Virus record (IMG/VR): IMGVR_UViG_3300020045_003216 | Coordinates: 1 to 26,459 of that record | From: a virus | Taxonomy: Duplodnaviria; Caudoviricetes | DNA length: 26,459 nucleotides | Strand: one strand, 5' to 3' | Shown here: in pieces, positions 24,622 to 26,459 of the stretch | Layout of the letters: each line of letters starts with the position of its first letter | Numbering within the stretch: position 1 is the stretch's first letter | Notes under the pieces: model-generated | Told to the model about the DNA's origin: nothing | What the model saw: only the letters and a program-made list of their open reading frames with translations | Database searches by the model: none | Position numbers and translations under genes: made by a program

Positions 24622-25902
24622 TCAGTTTACGATTATTTTGTCCGTTGTCGGTGGCTCGGTCGCCGGTACGGGAGTCCCTAAAAGCTCATCGGCCTTCACG
24701 TCGTCGAATCCATAGATATATTTCAATATCGCTATTGCGCTTTCTCGAGACGTTGCGCCCGTGGTGTATGATTTCTGAACCTCCAAAAGGGCAGTTACAC
24801 CCCCAACGCTTCCGCGTAAAGTCGCTTGCGCGTCGAGTGTCGCCTGGTCTACCGTATTGTCTTCGGTTTCTTGGTCTTTTTCGGCCTCGTCGACTATTTG
24901 AATTGATATCCCTATTTCGGTAAATGCTTCCTCAATTCGCAAAGCTTCGAAGTAACATACCTCTTCCCATATTTCAAGCGCGGCGCGATATGCCTCCCCG
25001 CTGTTACCGAATAGGCCTGCGTCTGGATTGGCTAATATCTGAGGAAAGCAATAAGCGGCATTACATATCTTTTTGCTCGCCTTGTCGTCCACCGTGTTAA
25101 ACTGGTTAACGTCTATATTGTTTCCAACCTCAACTTTATGAAAAATTTTATCTAAATCTTTTTCGGTGTCAACTGTTAAAATATGATTTGTGCCTGTTTT
25201 CTTTGTTGATTTGGATTGCTTCAACGCGTTAAGCACTCGGTCGGTGTTGGAAACTTTTTTGGTTTCGCCGGTAATGGTGTCGGCCTCTTCGGTTGTTTCG
25301 GCTGCTTTGGCCATTATAAAGATATTGTTTCCAAATAAAGCGTTGTCCGCCGCTGAGGTTACGTGCGTTGGCGCGTCGTCCTCGATACCCATCCATTTAA
25401 AAACGGGAACAAATACGCTGAGTTCGTACTCAGACGTGGTGTTGTTTGATTGATAAATTTGGCCGTTAAATTTGCCAAATCCGCCCGCTTTTGTAACTTG
25501 TTTTCCGACAATAATTTTATCGCTGTTGAACGCAGGGAAAATCTTATCAGTTCTAGTGTTTAGGTATTGCGAGATCGCTCCGATGTCGTCCTGCTCTTTA
25601 GGTTGATAGTTTTTGTCAGGCCTAAAATGCACCTGTTTTACTTTATAATCGGAATCGAATTCAACCCACAAAGTGAAGAAGCCGTATTTTATTTTTTCGT
25701 CGACTATGAGGTTCCAAAGTTTCGCATATTCAGGCTTCAAATTTGGCAGCCTGCAATACTTTTTAAACATCAATACAGCCATTGAGGCCGTAGGGCTGTT
25801 GCGTATAGCCTCGTCCATTTCTTTAAAATAGTTTCCTTCTTTCAGAATTTTAATGAAATCCTTTTTCTCGAAAACCGGCTTATTAATTGTGGTAAGTTGC
25901 AT
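24622..25902 (-). CDS. Putative portal protein, 426 aa
   Basis: Size and motifs (SPTAS, KICNAAYCFPQIL...GLFGNSGE, C-terminal YGFD...ELLG) resemble Bacteroidota phage portals. Confidence 0.7.
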   Translation of the reverse strand: MQLTTINKPVFEKKDFIKILKEGNYFKEMDEAIRNSPTASMAVLMFKKYCRLPNLKPEYAKLWNLIVDEKIKYGFFTLWVEFDSDYKVKQVHFRPDKNYQPKEQDDIGAISQYLNTRTDKIFPAFNSDKIIVGKQVTKAGGFGKFNGQIYQSNNTTSEYELSVFVPVFKWMGIEDDAPTHVTSAADNALFGNNIFIMAKAAETTEEADTITGETKKVSNTDRVLNALKQSKSTKKTGTNHILTVDTEKDLDKIFHKVEVGNNIDVNQFNTVDDKASKKICNAAYCFPQILANPDAGLFGNSGEAYRAALEIWEEVCYFEALRIEEAFTEIGISIQIVDEAEKDQETEDNTVDQATLDAQATLRGSVGGVTALLEVQKSYTTGATSRESAIAILKYIYGFDDVKADELLGTPVPATEPPTTDKIIVN

Positions 25903-25913
25903 AAGGTGAGTTT

Positions 25914-25942
25914 AAAAAAAGCCTATCGATAAATAGGCTTTT
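25914..25942 (-). terminator. Rho-independent terminator upstream of the portal gene
   Basis: Minus strand AAAAGCCTATTTATCGATAGGCTTTTTTT. Confidence 0.8.
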
Positions 25943-25962
25943 GTTTATTTTTCGATCTGATT

Positions 25963-26436
25963 CTAAACTAAATCTTCGTCGGTTTTTTTAGCTTTGGCCG
26001 CTTTTGCGTCCGCTGCTTTTTTAGCCGCTCCGAATAATTGCTTAACTGGTTTGGCGTCTTCGATCTCTTCTTCGATCTCTTCTTCGATCTCTTCTTCGAT
26101 CTCTTCGACTTCCGCCAAAATGGCCTCGATCTTGTCCTCTTGGATATAGTCGAATGCGCCTGGCGATACTTTCGCAACCGCTAAGGCTAGTTCTAATTTA
26201 TCTTTGATTTGGGCCTCGGTGTCTTTCGGGTGGATTGGGTACAAGACGCCAGTTTCCCCGGATTCTTTTTTGAAGTTTACCGCGCCTCGGCGAAGCAAAA
26301 ATAATTCTGTTTTTTTCATAGTCAAAAATGATTTATAGATTGCGTCCAGATCCGTAGGTCTCCCGCAACAAGGTTTTTGATTTTCGATAAACCGCCGCGC
26401 ATCTGGCGGCAGTCTATTAAATTCTTCGGCGGTCAT
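25963..26436 (-). CDS. Hypothetical protein with EEEI repeats and a Lys/Ala-rich tail, 157 aa
   Basis: Complete ORF ending just before the terminator. Confidence 0.7.
   Translation of the reverse strand: MTAEEFNRLPPDARRFIENQKPCCGRPTDLDAIYKSFLTMKKTELFLLRRGAVNFKKESGETGVLYPIHPKDTEAQIKDKLELALAVAKVSPGAFDYIQEDKIEAILAEVEEIEEEIEEEIEEEIEDAKPVKQLFGAAKKAADAKAAKAKKTDEDLV
26057..26104. repeat. Four perfect 12-bp tandem repeats TCTTCGATCTCT
   Basis: Read directly. Encodes the EEEI repeats. Confidence 0.9.
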
Positions 26437-26459
26437 GCCTTACGGTATTACTACCACTT

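Noticed and set aside
374-25785. The many plus-strand ORFs in the ORF track
   Set aside because: Nearly all are antisense shadows of well-supported minus-strand genes, with no motifs, promoters or operon packing.
26440-26459. End of an upstream gene (...VVVIP-stop)
   Set aside because: Plausible, but only 20 nt are visible, too little to call.
1-26459. Temperate versus lytic lifestyle
   Set aside because: No integrase, att site, clear repressor switch or host flank is in the window, so this cannot be decided.

Overview
A 26.5-kb piece of a tailed dsDNA phage or prophage genome, with every credible gene on the minus strand. The host is most likely Bacteroidota (Flavobacterium-like), inferred from TAnnTTTG promoter elements, the lack of Shine-Dalgarno motifs and Bacteroidota-style signal peptides. 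In transcription order (right to left): portal, adaptor and fibre-like genes; lysis genes (holin-like proteins, muramidase, u-spanin-like lipoprotein); origin-like repeat array B; a replication module (HTH-like protein, DUF2800 nuclease, DUF2815 SSB, PolA, VapE primase-helicase, VRR-NUC, PAPS-reductase-like protein, SNF2 helicase); small accessory genes including a pentapeptide-repeat protein; origin-like array A; terminase; tail/neck genes. The strongest unexplained signal is a ~300-nt non-coding cassette between ssb and polA, where two defective tRNA-like folds bracket a long helix enclosing an H-type pseudoknot. Also notable: two paralogous origin-like arrays bracketing the early module, a fibre-like protein with a Sec signal peptide, a small gene flanked by 15-bp direct repeats, and a C-terminal EYD(D)L motif shared by SSB, nuclease and TerS. 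All family assignments come from motif recognition by eye; no searches were run.
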